The notes beneath the pieces were generated by a model. That model did not search any database, was not told the DNA's origin, and saw only the letters and a program-made list of their open reading frames with translations. From an uncultured bacterium (lineage in GTDB: Bacteria > Zixibacteria > MSB-5A5 > JAABVY01 > JAHJOQ01), in assembly GCA_965369655.1 (NCBI GenBank), contig CBDUQR010000013.1:1-62153 (forward strand): 62,153 nt of DNA, read 5' to 3'. The position numbers and the translations under genes are program-made. Below, one piece after another: positions 18,456 to 29,221 of the stretch (its first letter is position 1; each line of letters begins with the position of its first letter).

Positions 18456-20324
18456 ATGAGAACGGCACTAATTGCTTCCCTGTCACTTTTGATCGCGGCT
18501 TCGAGCCTGTTCGGGATGGACCTGTTCGGCGGTGATTCGACTTATGTCCCGGATATCGAGACTTTCATGCAGATCGGCTGGGCTGCTGATGGATCGATCT
18601 CGCCCGACGGCAAGACGATTCTGTTTACGGCATCATTCACCGATGCCAACCAGATATTTCGACTGACTGACGATGGCTGGCCGTACCAGTTGACAATGTT
18701 CGAGGACGGCATCGAATGGTACTCGCCGTCACGTGATTTCAAGTATGCGATTGTCGGCGCAGCCACAGGCGGCAATGAGGATGCCCAACTATACCTGATG
18801 GATATCAAAACAGGGAGACTGGAGCAACTGACCGACAATCCGGAAGTCAGATATGATTACCCGATCTGGACGCGTGATAACAAGACCCTCTACTTCCGGT
18901 CAAACAGGACGAACGGCAAGGATTTCCAGGTCTGGAAGATGGATTTACCCGACGGCGAGGAGATACTGGTCCAGGACAAGCCCGGCTACAACGGTCCGGC
19001 GGGACTTTCCCGTGATGGTAAATATCTGCTTACATACTTATACAACTCAAATGTCGATAACAATTATTTCCTGTTCGATCTCGAATCGGGCGAGGAAACC
19101 CTCCTGACGCCACACGATGGCGACGCTACGTTCAGCTCGTTCAATCTGACTCCGGATGCCCTGATGGCATATCTGATTACTAATTACAACGACGACGGCA
19201 TCGCACGTCTCGCGACAATCGACATTGCCACACAGAAACTCGAATTCATCGACACGGATTCCAAGTGGGAATATGAAGGATGCATTCTCTCTGAAGATGG
19301 CCGGTACCTGGGCTGGAGAGTGAATGAGGATGGATTCACGAAAGTATATCTCAAAGACCTCCAGACGGGTGAAATGCTTCCTACGCCTCCGCTCGATGGG
19401 ATGTACAGCGGCGAATGGATGACAGAAGTCGGGAGTTTTCTGTTCTCTTTCAATTCACCGACTAAGGCTCCCGATCTCTGGCTCTGGAACTGGGAGACTC
19501 AGGAACTGAAGCAGATCACTCACTCGACCTATGCGGGCATCGATCCGGCATTGTTCAATGAACCTCAGTTAATTCGATACAAGTCATTCGACGGTGTGGA
19601 GATTCCGGCGTTTCTGTTTCTGCCGGCGGGCTATGATGGCGGCAAAATCCCGTTCATTATCCACGCGCACGGCGGCCCTGAAGGTCAGTATCGCCCGTCA
19701 TTTGCCCGTCATTTTCAGTATTTGATGCTGAATGGCTATGGTATACTCGCTCCCAATCCGAGGGGATCGAAAGGATACGGCAGCGAATATATGGCTATGG
19801 ATAATTACAAGATGCGGCTGAATTCGATCAAGGACTACGCATGGAGCGCTAAGTGGCTGATCAGGAATGGTTACACCGACGAGAGCATGCTCGGCATCAA
19901 GGGAGCGTCGTATGGCGGCTATGCCGTCATGGCGTCTCTGACCGAGTATCCGAGCCTTTATCGTGCCGGTATCAATCAGGTCGGAATAGTCAACTTCGTG
20001 ACTTTCCTGCAGAATACGAGAGCCTACAGGCGTGCCCTGCGCGAATCTGAATATGGTCCGCTGTCGGATTCAGCTTTTCTCGAATCAATCAGCCCGATAC
20101 ACAAAGTCGACAAGATTAAAGCGGCGCTGATGGTCGTTCATGGCGAGAACGATCCGAGAGTGCCGGTGGGCGAGGCGCGCCAGATTATCGAGGCGATGCA
20201 GGCGAGAGGCGCCGAGGTGGAAAGCCTAATATTCCCGGACGAAGGTCACGGTATCGGGAAGCTGTCCAATCGCCTGATGTATTACGGCAGCATGGTTGAT
20301 TTCTTCGACAAGTATCTCAAATAG
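18456..20324 (+). CDS. secreted S9 (prolyl oligopeptidase/acylaminoacyl peptidase) family peptidase
   Basis: Signal peptide, propeller-like region, HGGP, GASYGG, HGENDPRV, DEGHG. Confidence 0.9.
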   Translation: MRTALIASLSLLIAASSLFGMDLFGGDSTYVPDIETFMQIGWAADGSISPDGKTILFTASFTDANQIFRLTDDGWPYQLTMFEDGIEWYSPSRDFKYAIVGAATGGNEDAQLYLMDIKTGRLEQLTDNPEVRYDYPIWTRDNKTLYFRSNRTNGKDFQVWKMDLPDGEEILVQDKPGYNGPAGLSRDGKYLLTYLYNSNVDNNYFLFDLESGEETLLTPHDGDATFSSFNLTPDALMAYLITNYNDDGIARLATIDIATQKLEFIDTDSKWEYEGCILSEDGRYLGWRVNEDGFTKVYLKDLQTGEMLPTPPLDGMYSGEWMTEVGSFLFSFNSPTKAPDLWLWNWETQELKQITHSTYAGIDPALFNEPQLIRYKSFDGVEIPAFLFLPAGYDGGKIPFIIHAHGGPEGQYRPSFARHFQYLMLNGYGILAPNPRGSKGYGSEYMAMDNYKMRLNSIKDYAWSAKWLIRNGYTDESMLGIKGASYGGYAVMASLTEYPSLYRAGINQVGIVNFVTFLQNTRAYRRALRESEYGPLSDSAFLESISPIHKVDKIKAALMVVHGENDPRVPVGEARQIIEAMQARGAEVESLIFPDEGHGIGKLSNRLMYYGSMVDFFDKYLK

Positions 20325-20351
20325 AGTAGATTTCCAGTCGAGTCTGGACAG

Positions 20352-20375
20352 AAGGGCGGGTTCATCCCGCCCTTT
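20352..20375 (+). terminator. intrinsic terminator
   Basis: AAGGGCGGG-TTCAT-CCCGCCCTTT. Confidence 0.6.
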
Positions 20376-20394
20376 GCTGTTGCGAGATTGCGGC

Positions 20395-20625
20395 GGTAGC
20401 AGGTCACGCCCACTTGCATAGTCCTGAGTTTGACGAAGGAGGGTGTGACGATAGATGTCCATGCTTGTCGGGGCTGTGGCCCGACGAAATGCGCAGGAGC
20501 ACAACTCCTGCGGGCACGGGAAGATAGATTCCGGTGGGTCCTGAGCAGAGTGAAGGGCTTTCGCCGGAATGACGTGTTTGAGGTTATGGTCATCGCGAGG
20601 AGCGACAGCGACGTGGCGATCTCTC
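20395..20625. repeat. palindromic repeat cluster related to 16340-16500
   Basis: GATTCCGGTGGGTCCTGAGCAGAGTGAAGGGCTTTCGCCGGAATGAC; GTCATCGCGAGGAGCGACAGCGACGTGGCGATCTC. Confidence 0.65.
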
Positions 20626-20813
20626 TGCGAAGACGGAGGCGGCAGACGTCCTTGTTGTTCAGTGTCGAGACATAGTTACATTTTATGTCAGGTTCCAGGT
20701 AAGCCAGGCCCACTCATGGGACAAACTCTATTCTGCATGAATTCTTTTGCTTGACAGGTGTATACAGTTAGGATAATCTCTCTTATGGAACTCCTGTCAA
20801 ACTCTCAAATGGA

Positions 20814-22109
20814 GTGTATGGAATGAAGACGATAATTTGTTCAGCTATAATCCTGCTGCTTATCATGAGTGCGGCTGTCGCACAATCATCGTTATCCGAG
20901 CGACAGGTAACGATTCTCGATATCGATGGCGCGATCGGACCGATTGCGGTCAAATTGATCGAGCGAGCGATAGTGGAGGCCGAGGACAATGGCTCCAACG
21001 CTCTCGTGATTCGACTGAACACACCGGGCGGATTGACCAATTCGACCTGGAAGATAACGACCGCGATACTCAACGCCGACGTCCCGGTCATTGTCTATGT
21101 CTGGCCATCGGGAGCGCGAGCCGGATCGGCGGGGGTGTTTATCACATACTCGGCGCATGTTGCGGCGATGGCGACCGGAACAAACATCGGCGCGGCCACT
21201 CCAATTCAGATGGAGGGCAAGATGGATTCGACTCTCGCGAAAAAGGTGACCAACGACGCGGTCGCGAATCTCAGATCGATTGCCGAAAAGTGTGGAAGGA
21301 ATCAGGACTGGGTCGAGCGCGCCATTCGTGATGGCGAATCGATCACCGCATCGCAGGCACTCGATTCCAACGTGATAGAATTCATTGCAGATGACATAAC
21401 GGAGCTTCTGGTGTTGGTTCACGGCTACGAGGTTACGCTTCAGAGAGGAGTTGACACTCTAGAAACTGAGGGCGCGTCTACTATCAAGATAGAGAGAACC
21501 TTCTCGGAGAAAATCCTCGAGGTCATCTCCGATCCCAATATCGCGTTCATTCTGTTTACCCTCGGTTCCCTCGGACTCGTGATGGAACTCTACAATCCCG
21601 GAGCGATTGTGCCGGGTGTCGTCGGTGGAATCTGCATCATCCTGGCGTTTTTCTCGTTCCAGACTCTGCCGATCAACTACGCCGGGGTCGCACTCATCAT
21701 CTTCGCGATAGTGCTATTCCTGCTCGAAATCAAGGTGGTATCATTCGGCGTCCTGTCGATCGGGGGTGTTATCTCACTTGCATTGGGCGGGCTTTTCCTG
21801 ATCGATTCGCCCGGCCCATATCTTGCGGTATCAAAAGGAGTGATCGCCTCAGTTGTGGGTATTACCGCCGCGTTTTTCCTGTTTGCGCTCAGGTATATTC
21901 TCAAAGCACGGAAGAGGCAGGTGGCCACTGGCGGGGAAGGACTGGTCGGACAGGCCACCGTCGTGAAGCAGAGGATCGATCCGGACGGCATGGTCTATGT
22001 CGCCGGTGCACTCTGGAAGGCTGTCGCTGACGAGCCGATTGAAGAAGGTAGCAAAGCTGTGGTCGTTTCGGTCGATGGTATGATTCTGAAAGTTCAAAGA
22101 GAGGTATAG
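20814..22109 (+). CDS. NfeD family membrane-bound ClpP-like serine protease
   Basis: LNTPGG, AGSAG, NIGAATP, TM helices, C-terminal OB domain; true start may be 20823. Confidence 0.9.
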   Translation: MYGMKTIICSAIILLLIMSAAVAQSSLSERQVTILDIDGAIGPIAVKLIERAIVEAEDNGSNALVIRLNTPGGLTNSTWKITTAILNADVPVIVYVWPSGARAGSAGVFITYSAHVAAMATGTNIGAATPIQMEGKMDSTLAKKVTNDAVANLRSIAEKCGRNQDWVERAIRDGESITASQALDSNVIEFIADDITELLVLVHGYEVTLQRGVDTLETEGASTIKIERTFSEKILEVISDPNIAFILFTLGSLGLVMELYNPGAIVPGVVGGICIILAFFSFQTLPINYAGVALIIFAIVLFLLEIKVVSFGVLSIGGVISLALGGLFLIDSPGPYLAVSKGVIASVVGITAAFFLFALRYILKARKRQVATGGEGLVGQATVVKQRIDPDGMVYVAGALWKAVADEPIEEGSKAVVVSVDGMILKVQREV

Positions 22110-22123
22110 TCTGGAGGTACACG

Positions 22124-22873
22124 ATGAGTATTTTTTCCGCGTATGGGATCACGATTGTCATACTTGCCCTGTTCATACTTGCGAATGCCGTCAGGATTCT
22201 GAGAGAGTATGAACGAGGAGTAGTATTCAGGCTGGGTCGAGTCATCGGGGTGAAGGGTCCCGGGCTGATCCTGCTGATACCGATCGTCGATAAGATGGTG
22301 AAGGTGTCGCTTCGGACGATCACGATGGATGTCCCGCCACAGGATGTGATCACAAAGGACAACGTGACCATAAAGGTCAACGCAGTTATCTACTTCGCGG
22401 TGCTGGATGCAAACAAGGCGATCATCAACGTTGAAGACTTTATGTATGCAACATCGCAGATCGCCCAGACAACGCTGCGGTCTGTTCTCGGTGAAGTCGA
22501 GCTTGACGATCTGTTAACAGAGCGAGAATCGATAAACCAGAAACTTCAGCAGATTATCGACGATCAGACCGAACCATGGGGAATCAAAGTCTCGGTTGTC
22601 GAGGTCAAGAATGTCGATCTGCCTGAGTCGATGACCCGCGCTATCGCCAGGCAGGCCGAGGCCGAGCGTGAGCGCCGTGCGAAGGTTATCCACGCCGAAG
22701 GCGAATTCCAGGCTTCTCAGAAGCTGGCGGATGCGGCGAGCATAATTAACGCGCAGGCTGGCACGCTGCAGTTGCGTTATTTGCAGACTCTGACGGAAAT
22801 ATCGAGCGAACGCAATTCGACGATCATATTCCCGATTCCGATCGAGATGTTCGAATCGTTGATGAAGAGATAA
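22124..22873 (+). CDS. SPFH/stomatin-like (slipin) protein
   Basis: [37 protein letters not shown]. Confidence 0.93.
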   Translation: MSIFSAYGITIVILALFILANAVRILREYERGVVFRLGRVIGVKGPGLILLIPIVDKMVKVSLRTITMDVPPQDVITKDNVTIKVNAVIYFAVLDANKAIINVEDFMYATSQIAQTTLRSVLGEVELDDLLTERESINQKLQQIIDDQTEPWGIKVSVVEVKNVDLPESMTRAIARQAEAERERRAKVIHAEGEFQASQKLADAASIINAQAGTLQLRYLQTLTEISSERNSTIIFPIPIEMFESLMKR

Positions 22874-22915
22874 TTCGGCGCTGGCTCTGATACACGAGAG
22901 TCTATCAGTGAATAG

Positions 22916-22949
22916 ATCCGGAGTGACGGAAGTTGCTCCGGATTTTTTT
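22916..22949 (+). terminator. intrinsic terminator
   Basis: ATCCGGAGTGAC-GGAA-GTTGCTCCGGAT then T6. Confidence 0.8.
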
Positions 22950-22966
22950 AGCCCGGCAGATGTCCA

Positions 22967-23165
22967 GAGGCTGTCCCAAAAGACTCGAAAAGCAGGTAAT
23001 CATGTTTGCGAAAGAAGGTGGTGTCATTCCCGCGAAGGCCCTTCGCTGTGCTCAGGATATTACGGGAATCCATTGAATGCGTTACCGTTGAATAGACTCC
23101 CGCCTCCGCGGGAGTGACATGGTCGGCTTCTCGCTTGAGTTGAATAGCACTTTTGGGACAGCCTC
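22967..23165. mobile_element. complete ~200-bp MITE with internal REP doublet
   Basis: Perfect 16-bp TIRs GAGGCTGTCCCAAAAG / CTTTTGGGACAGCCTC. Confidence 0.8.
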
Positions 23166-23267
23166 TTCTTATCTGCCCCAACATAAAGTGCAATTGAACG
23201 GGCAGACCGAGAGGTCTGCCGCGCACGCACCTCTTCATGCTTGCAATTGTGTATAAATAGCCAGATT

Positions 23268-23356
23268 GTAGGTCAAGCGGCCTGCCCGCTTGACGTGGCT
23301 TTTAATTGTCAAGCGCCCTTCGCAATGCTCAGGACAGGCGAGCGCGCTTGACCTAC
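23268..23356. repeat. GTAG-type REP doublet with micro-insert
   Basis: GTAGGTCAAGCGG...CCGCTTGAC ... GTCAAGCGC[insert]...GCGCTTGACCTAC. Confidence 0.7.
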
Positions 23357-23461
23357 ACGGATTTGAGGAGTGCCCGGAAAGTGTCCTGTTGCGTATTCTT
23401 GTTGATTTTCGTGCCGATACAGGGTAATGGGGAGTACACAAGCTGAAGAAGGAGATGATAC

Positions 23462-24787
23462 GTGGCGCTTACAAAAGATGATGTCCTCAAGCAGATCAAA
23501 AAGAACGGCGTCAAGTATATACGGCTCTGGTTTACCGACATTCTCGGACAATTAAAGGGAATGTCGATCACCCTGAGTGAGATCGAGAACGTACTCAACG
23601 ACGGGCAGGGGTTCGACGGATCATCGATCGAGGGTTTCGTGCGAATCGAGGAATCTGATCTGATGGCGTGGCCCGATCTCGATACATTCTACATCTTCCC
23701 GTGGGATATGGGCGGCGAGAAGGTGGCGATGATGTTCTGCGACATCAAGAATCCCGATGGCACTCCATACGACGGTGATCCAAGATATTGCTTGCGGAGA
23801 AACCTCGAGGCGGCATCCAAGCTCGGATTGACATTCTATGTCGGGCCGGAGCTTGAGTATTTCTACTTCAAGAGCAGCAAGAATCCGGAGACGATGGATA
23901 CCGGCGGTTACTTCGACTACTCGACTGTGGATGATGGCGTACGGCTCAGGAAGAAAACAGTCAAGTTCCTCGAACAGGTCGGTGTTCCTGTCGAATGTTC
24001 GCATCACGAAGTTGCTCATAGCCAGCACGAGATCGATCTGCAGTACCAGAGCGCCTTGAAGATGGCCGATTTTGTGCAGATATATCGCCTGATTGTCAAA
24101 GAAGTCGCGCAGCATGACGGCTTCTACGCCACTTTCATGCCGAAGCCTATTTTCGGTCAGAACGGCAGCGGCATGCATGTTCATCAATCGCTCTTTAATG
24201 GCGACAGGAACATATTCTTTGCACCGGGCAACGACTACAACCTCTCGGATGATGCAAAGTACTATATGGCCGGACTGCTTCGTTATGTGAAGGAATTCGC
24301 TCTCGTCACCAACCAGTGGGTCAACTCATACAAGCGGCTCGTGCCCGGATACGAGGCTCCGTGTTATATCTCGTGGGGCAGGCGGAACCGGTCATCACTA
24401 TTAAGGGTGCCGATGTATCGGATCGGCAAGGAGAAGGCGACTCGAATCGAGCTTCGCAGCCCCGATCCTGCATGCAACCCATATCTCGCGTTTTCGGTTA
24501 TGCTGGCGTCGGGACTCAAGGGCATGCGTGAGAAGTATGAACTGTCTGAACCTGTCGAGAAGAACATATTCCACATGACCGAGAAGGAGAAAGAAGCGCT
24601 GAAGATTGATGTGTTGCCTAAGAATCTCCTCGATGCCATCTGGGCGGCTGAGGAATCTGCGCTGATGAAAGAAGCACTCGGCGATCACATATTCTCATCT
24701 CTGATCGCGAACAAGAAGGTCGAGTGGGACGCTTACAGGACGCATGTATCACAGTACGAGCTTGACAAGTATTTGCCCATGCTGTAA
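23462..24787 (+). CDS. glnA: glutamine synthetase type I
   Basis: FDGSSIEG, HHEVA, TFMPKP, NGSGMHVH, RIELRSPDP. Confidence 0.95.
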   Translation: MALTKDDVLKQIKKNGVKYIRLWFTDILGQLKGMSITLSEIENVLNDGQGFDGSSIEGFVRIEESDLMAWPDLDTFYIFPWDMGGEKVAMMFCDIKNPDGTPYDGDPRYCLRRNLEAASKLGLTFYVGPELEYFYFKSSKNPETMDTGGYFDYSTVDDGVRLRKKTVKFLEQVGVPVECSHHEVAHSQHEIDLQYQSALKMADFVQIYRLIVKEVAQHDGFYATFMPKPIFGQNGSGMHVHQSLFNGDRNIFFAPGNDYNLSDDAKYYMAGLLRYVKEFALVTNQWVNSYKRLVPGYEAPCYISWGRRNRSSLLRVPMYRIGKEKATRIELRSPDPACNPYLAFSVMLASGLKGMREKYELSEPVEKNIFHMTEKEKEALKIDVLPKNLLDAIWAAEESALMKEALGDHIFSSLIANKKVEWDAYRTHVSQYELDKYLPML

Positions 24788-24796
24788 CATCCTCTG

Positions 24797-26251
24797 ATGA
24801 AGCCTGAAGAGCTTTCCGCACGCGAGATTCAGCGAAAGACTATCGCGGACGAGCTTGATCCGGTCGAGACTGCCGAGTATTGCTGCGCAAGAATAACCGC
24901 TGCGGATTGCCACAACTGTTTCACTTCCATCACTCGTGATCTTGCAATCGAATCTGCCGAGAAGCTTCGGGAGCGGCTTGCTGGCGACAGTATCTCGCCT
25001 ATTATGGCCGGTGTGCCTGTCGCGATCAAGGACAACATCTGCATCAAAGGCTACCGGACGACCTGCGGCTCCCGGATGCTCGAGGATTTCATCCCGCCTT
25101 ACAATGCTACAGTTGTCGACAGTTTAATCGAAGCCGGTGCGCTGATCATCGGCAAGACCAACATGGACGAGTTCGCGATGGGATCGACCAGCGAAACAAG
25201 CAGCTTCGGCGCAGTTCGCAATCCGCACAACCCAGAGTACAGTCCGGGTGGTTCGTCGGGCGGCTCTGCTGTCGCTGTGGCCGCGTGCCAGGTTCCGGTC
25301 GCGCTCGGATCGGATACTGGCGGATCGGTCAGACAACCTGCCGCGCTGACAGGAGTGGTCGGTCTCAAACCGACATACGGCTCTGTGTCTCGCTACGGAT
25401 TGATCGCGTACGCCTCATCGTTCGATCAGATCGGACCGATCGCCGGAAATGTCGAGGATGCTGCGCTGATGCTGAATGCGATCTCATTCCATGATCCGCG
25501 CGATTCGACCAGCGCATTATTCAATCGACCCGATTATCTCGCTGAGATCGACGAGTTTCGACCTGTGACAATCGGCGTACCGAGAGAGTATTTCGCTGAT
25601 GGCGTTGAGTGCGATGTTGTCCGCGCAGTTGAACTGGCAATCGATTTGCTCGGCTCGGAAGGATGTCGTGTCGAAGAAATCACGCTCCCGAGGGTGGATC
25701 AGGCGATTGCGGCATATTATGTGATCGCAACCGCCGAGGCATCATCGAACCTCGCACGGTATGACGGCGTTGCATTCGGCTACCGGTGCGACGACGCTTC
25801 ATGTCTCGAAGAGATGTACACCGAATCGCGCACGGTCGGCTTTGGAACCGAGGTCAGGCGCAGGATTATGCTCGGTACATACGTGCTGTCGTCCGGCTAT
25901 TATGACGCCTACTATCGCAAGGCGATGCAGGTGAGGGAGATTATCAGGCGCGACATGCGGTGGGCGTTCGAGAAAGTTGACGTGATCATCACGCCGACAT
26001 CCCCGACCGCTGGGATCAGGTTGGGCGAGAGACTCAATGATCCTCTCGCGATGTATCTCGCGGATGTTTTTACGGTGTCGGCGAATCTGACAGGCACCTG
26101 CGCGATCTCGGTTCCCTGTGGTTGCGACCGAAACGGCCTGCCGATTGGAGTCCAACTCATCGGGAGACATTTCGATGACGCAACGCTCCTGAAAATCGCG
26201 CACAGGCTCGAATCTATTCTGACATCAGAATCGGGCGGCAGCGATGCCTGA
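24797..26251 (+). CDS. gatA: Asp/Glu-tRNA amidotransferase subunit A
   Basis: KTNMDEFAMGS, PGGSSGGSA, GSDTGGSVRQPA. Confidence 0.95.
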   Translation: MKPEELSAREIQRKTIADELDPVETAEYCCARITAADCHNCFTSITRDLAIESAEKLRERLAGDSISPIMAGVPVAIKDNICIKGYRTTCGSRMLEDFIPPYNATVVDSLIEAGALIIGKTNMDEFAMGSTSETSSFGAVRNPHNPEYSPGGSSGGSAVAVAACQVPVALGSDTGGSVRQPAALTGVVGLKPTYGSVSRYGLIAYASSFDQIGPIAGNVEDAALMLNAISFHDPRDSTSALFNRPDYLAEIDEFRPVTIGVPREYFADGVECDVVRAVELAIDLLGSEGCRVEEITLPRVDQAIAAYYVIATAEASSNLARYDGVAFGYRCDDASCLEEMYTESRTVGFGTEVRRRIMLGTYVLSSGYYDAYYRKAMQVREIIRRDMRWAFEKVDVIITPTSPTAGIRLGERLNDPLAMYLADVFTVSANLTGTCAISVPCGCDRNGLPIGVQLIGRHFDDATLLKIAHRLESILTSESGGSDA

Positions 26252-27686
26252 GTACGAACCTGTCATCGGACTTGAGGTCCACGCCCAGCTCAGGACAGAA
26301 TCGAAGCTCTTCTGCGGTTGTTCGACCGCGTTCGGATCACCTGAAAACTCGCAAACATGTCCGGTCTGTCTCGGCCTTCCGGGTGCGTTGCCTGTTCTCA
26401 ACGGGAAAGCTGTCGAATTTGCGATGATGGTAGTTCTCGCAGTCGGAGGTACTGTCAACAAACGCTCTCTCTTTGCCCGCAAGAACTATTTCTACCCTGA
26501 TCTTCCCAAAGGGTACCAGATTTCGCAGTACGAATATCCGCTCGCTGAGGGTGGAGAAATAGAGTTTGTGTCGGATGGTCAGGTGAGGCGGGTCAGCCTC
26601 GCGAGGATTCATATCGAGGAAGATGCCGGTAAGTCTGTTCATATTGATTCGGATGAGAGCGAACAGAAAAGATCGCTCATCGATCTCAATCGGTGTGGAA
26701 TCCCGCTTGTCGAAATCGTCTCGCTGCCGGAGATCAGGAGCCCGAAAGAAGCTCATCGCTATCTTGCGAGTCTGAAGCAGATTCTTCAGTACCTCGGCGT
26801 CTGTACCGGCGATATGGAGAAGGGCGCTCTCAGGTGTGACGCAAACATTTCGGTCAGGCAGAGCGGCAGTTCAGAGCTTAACACCCGAACGGAACTCAAG
26901 AATCTTAATTCGTTCAGATTCATCGAACGCGCCCTGAAGTATGAAATCGACAGGCAGATCAGGATATTGAAATCCGGTAGGAGTGTTTCTCAGCAGACTC
27001 TTTACTGGGACGAAAACGCAGGAAAGTGTGCGCCGATGCGCCCCAAAGAGGAATCCAAAGACTATCGGTATTTCGTCGAGCCGGACCTTGCACCGCTCGA
27101 AATCAGCGCCGATTGGATATCCCGGCAGTCCCTGCCTGAGTTGCCGCGCCAGAAGTTCTTGAGATTTCGATCCCAGTATGGGCTGTCATCCAGCGATGCC
27201 GAGGCGCTGATAACGACTCGCGAACTCGCCGATTACTTTGAGACGACTGTCAGAACCTGTGACGATCCAAAGAAAGCCTCAAACTGGATCATGTCCGAGG
27301 TCCTGCGGCATCTTAAAGAGTCCGGCGATCATATTGAGCAGCTTGCGGTTAAGCCAAATCAACTCGGGGAGTTGCTAAAAGCGGTTGACAATGGCGCAAT
27401 TTCTGGCAAAATGGCTAAGTCGATCTTTGCCGAAATGGTTGAGTCGGGTGACGATCCATCGGCGATTATCGAGAGGCATGGACTCAGATTGATAAGCGAT
27501 GAGGACGAGTTGAAACCGATCATCGCCGATGTCATGCTTGCTAATGCTGAGAATGTTGAGAAATACAGGGATGGAAAGACGCAGCTTTTCGGCTTCTTCG
27601 TGGGACAGGTAATGAAGGCGACTGATGGCATGGCTGATCCGGAGCTGACCGGCAGACTGGTGAGGAAATATCTGGATGATTCGTAA
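26244..27686 (+). CDS. gatB: Asp/Glu-tRNA amidotransferase subunit B
   Basis: IGLEVHAQL, RKNYFYPDLPKGYQISQ, EEDAGK. Confidence 0.95.
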   Translation: MPEYEPVIGLEVHAQLRTESKLFCGCSTAFGSPENSQTCPVCLGLPGALPVLNGKAVEFAMMVVLAVGGTVNKRSLFARKNYFYPDLPKGYQISQYEYPLAEGGEIEFVSDGQVRRVSLARIHIEEDAGKSVHIDSDESEQKRSLIDLNRCGIPLVEIVSLPEIRSPKEAHRYLASLKQILQYLGVCTGDMEKGALRCDANISVRQSGSSELNTRTELKNLNSFRFIERALKYEIDRQIRILKSGRSVSQQTLYWDENAGKCAPMRPKEESKDYRYFVEPDLAPLEISADWISRQSLPELPRQKFLRFRSQYGLSSSDAEALITTRELADYFETTVRTCDDPKKASNWIMSEVLRHLKESGDHIEQLAVKPNQLGELLKAVDNGAISGKMAKSIFAEMVESGDDPSAIIERHGLRLISDEDELKPIIADVMLANAENVEKYRDGKTQLFGFFVGQVMKATDGMADPELTGRLVRKYLDDS

Positions 27687-28284
27687 GGTGAGAGTTGCGG
27701 TGTTTGTCTCGGGCAGCGGCACGAACCTGCAGTCGCTAATCGACAATTGCGCCGATGAGTTATTCCCTGCTGAGATCGTGTGTGTAGTATCGAGCAAGAT
27801 GAAAGCTTACGGTCTTGAACGGGCACGGCAGCATTCGATCACAGCCGTGTGCCTCAGACGAAAGGACTTCGACACCGACGACCGTTTCGTGCAGGCTATG
27901 CTCGATTTTCTGCATGAACATCGAATAGAGATGATCTGTCTTGCAGGATACCTGAAGTTGATCCCAGGGCGCGTGGTGGAACGATTCAGGGGTCGTATAC
28001 TAAACATACATCCGGCGCTTCTGCCGCGTTTCGGCGGCGACGGCATGTACGGCATGCGAGTGCACGAGGCGGTGCTCGCATCGGGCGAGACCGAATCCGG
28101 CCCGACAGTTCATCTTGTCGATGAGATTTACGATCATGGCAATATTGTCATGCAGGCGAAAGTCCCCGTGATGCCGGACGATACGCCGGAATCGCTGCAG
28201 AAACGCGTGCTCGAAGCTGAACACGAGTTGTATCCGCTGGCGCTGAAGCAATTCGCCGAGAAAATAATATCTGAAGAAGGATAG
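27676..28284 (+). CDS. purN: phosphoribosylglycinamide formyltransferase
   Basis: SGSGTNLQ, NIHPALLP. Confidence 0.95.
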   Translation: MIRKVRVAVFVSGSGTNLQSLIDNCADELFPAEIVCVVSSKMKAYGLERARQHSITAVCLRRKDFDTDDRFVQAMLDFLHEHRIEMICLAGYLKLIPGRVVERFRGRILNIHPALLPRFGGDGMYGMRVHEAVLASGETESGPTVHLVDEIYDHGNIVMQAKVPVMPDDTPESLQKRVLEAEHELYPLALKQFAEKIISEEG

Positions 28285-28293
28285 GAATGCAGT

Positions 28294-29196
28294 ATGGCTG
28301 AATCGAAATGGGAATTCGAGATAAGCGAGTACCCGAAATACGCTCGCGGCAAGGTTCGGGAAATCTACGATCTCGGAGAGCAACTGCTGTTTATTGTATC
28401 CGATCGAATTTCCGCGTTCGACGTGATCCTACCGACGCCCATTCCCGACAAGGGAAATGTTCTGACGTCGATCTCGCTTTTCTGGTTCGACTTCCTGAAG
28501 GATGTTGTCCCAAACCACTTCGTCACTGCGAATGTAGATGAGTATCCCGAGCCGCTCCACAAGCATAGAGAAATGCTCGAAGGCCGCTCGATGATCGTCA
28601 CCAGGTGCGAGCGGATCGATGTGGAGTGCATAGTCCGGGGATACATCGCCGGATCGCTGTACAAAGAGTACATGACAGAACTCGAAGATTCATTCGGGGA
28701 TGTCACTGTCAACGGCATATCGTTTCCGGATGATCTTCGTGAATCGGACAAGCTGCGCGAGGCGATTTTCACGCCGTCAACGAAAGCCGAGACCGGTCAC
28801 GATGAAAACATTTCGTACGATGAGATGGCGAAAATCACCGGAGACGACATGGCCGAAAAGATCAGGAAGACATCCATTGAATTATACACCCGTGCTGCGG
28901 ATTACGCTCGCACACGCGGGATTATCATCGCCGACACCAAATTCGAGTTTGGCACCCGGGACGGTCAGCTTGTTCTTATCGATGAAGTGTTAACTCCCGA
29001 TTCGTCGCGGTTCTGGCCTGCCGACGAGTACGAGCCGGGAAGATCGCAGAAGAGTTTTGACAAACAGTTCGTCAGAGATTACCTGAGCCAGTCGGGATGG
29101 GACAAGAAGCCGCCTGCGCCGATGCTGCCGGATGATATCGTGAACAGGACGGCGGAGAAATACAGACGGGCTTACGAGATTCTTGCAAAGGTCTGA
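28294..29196 (+). CDS. purC: SAICAR synthase
   Basis: GKVRE, SDRISAFD, DTKFEFG, TPDSSRFW. Confidence 0.95.
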   Translation: MAESKWEFEISEYPKYARGKVREIYDLGEQLLFIVSDRISAFDVILPTPIPDKGNVLTSISLFWFDFLKDVVPNHFVTANVDEYPEPLHKHREMLEGRSMIVTRCERIDVECIVRGYIAGSLYKEYMTELEDSFGDVTVNGISFPDDLRESDKLREAIFTPSTKAETGHDENISYDEMAKITGDDMAEKIRKTSIELYTRAADYARTRGIIIADTKFEFGTRDGQLVLIDEVLTPDSSRFWPADEYEPGRSQKSFDKQFVRDYLSQSGWDKKPPAPMLPDDIVNRTAEKYRRAYEILAKV

Positions 29197-29221
29197 GCAG
29201 CCAATCGTGAAAGAGGAAATT

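Noticed and set aside
20814-22873. NfeD-stomatin pair as a novel system
   Set aside because: Widespread, well-described gene pair
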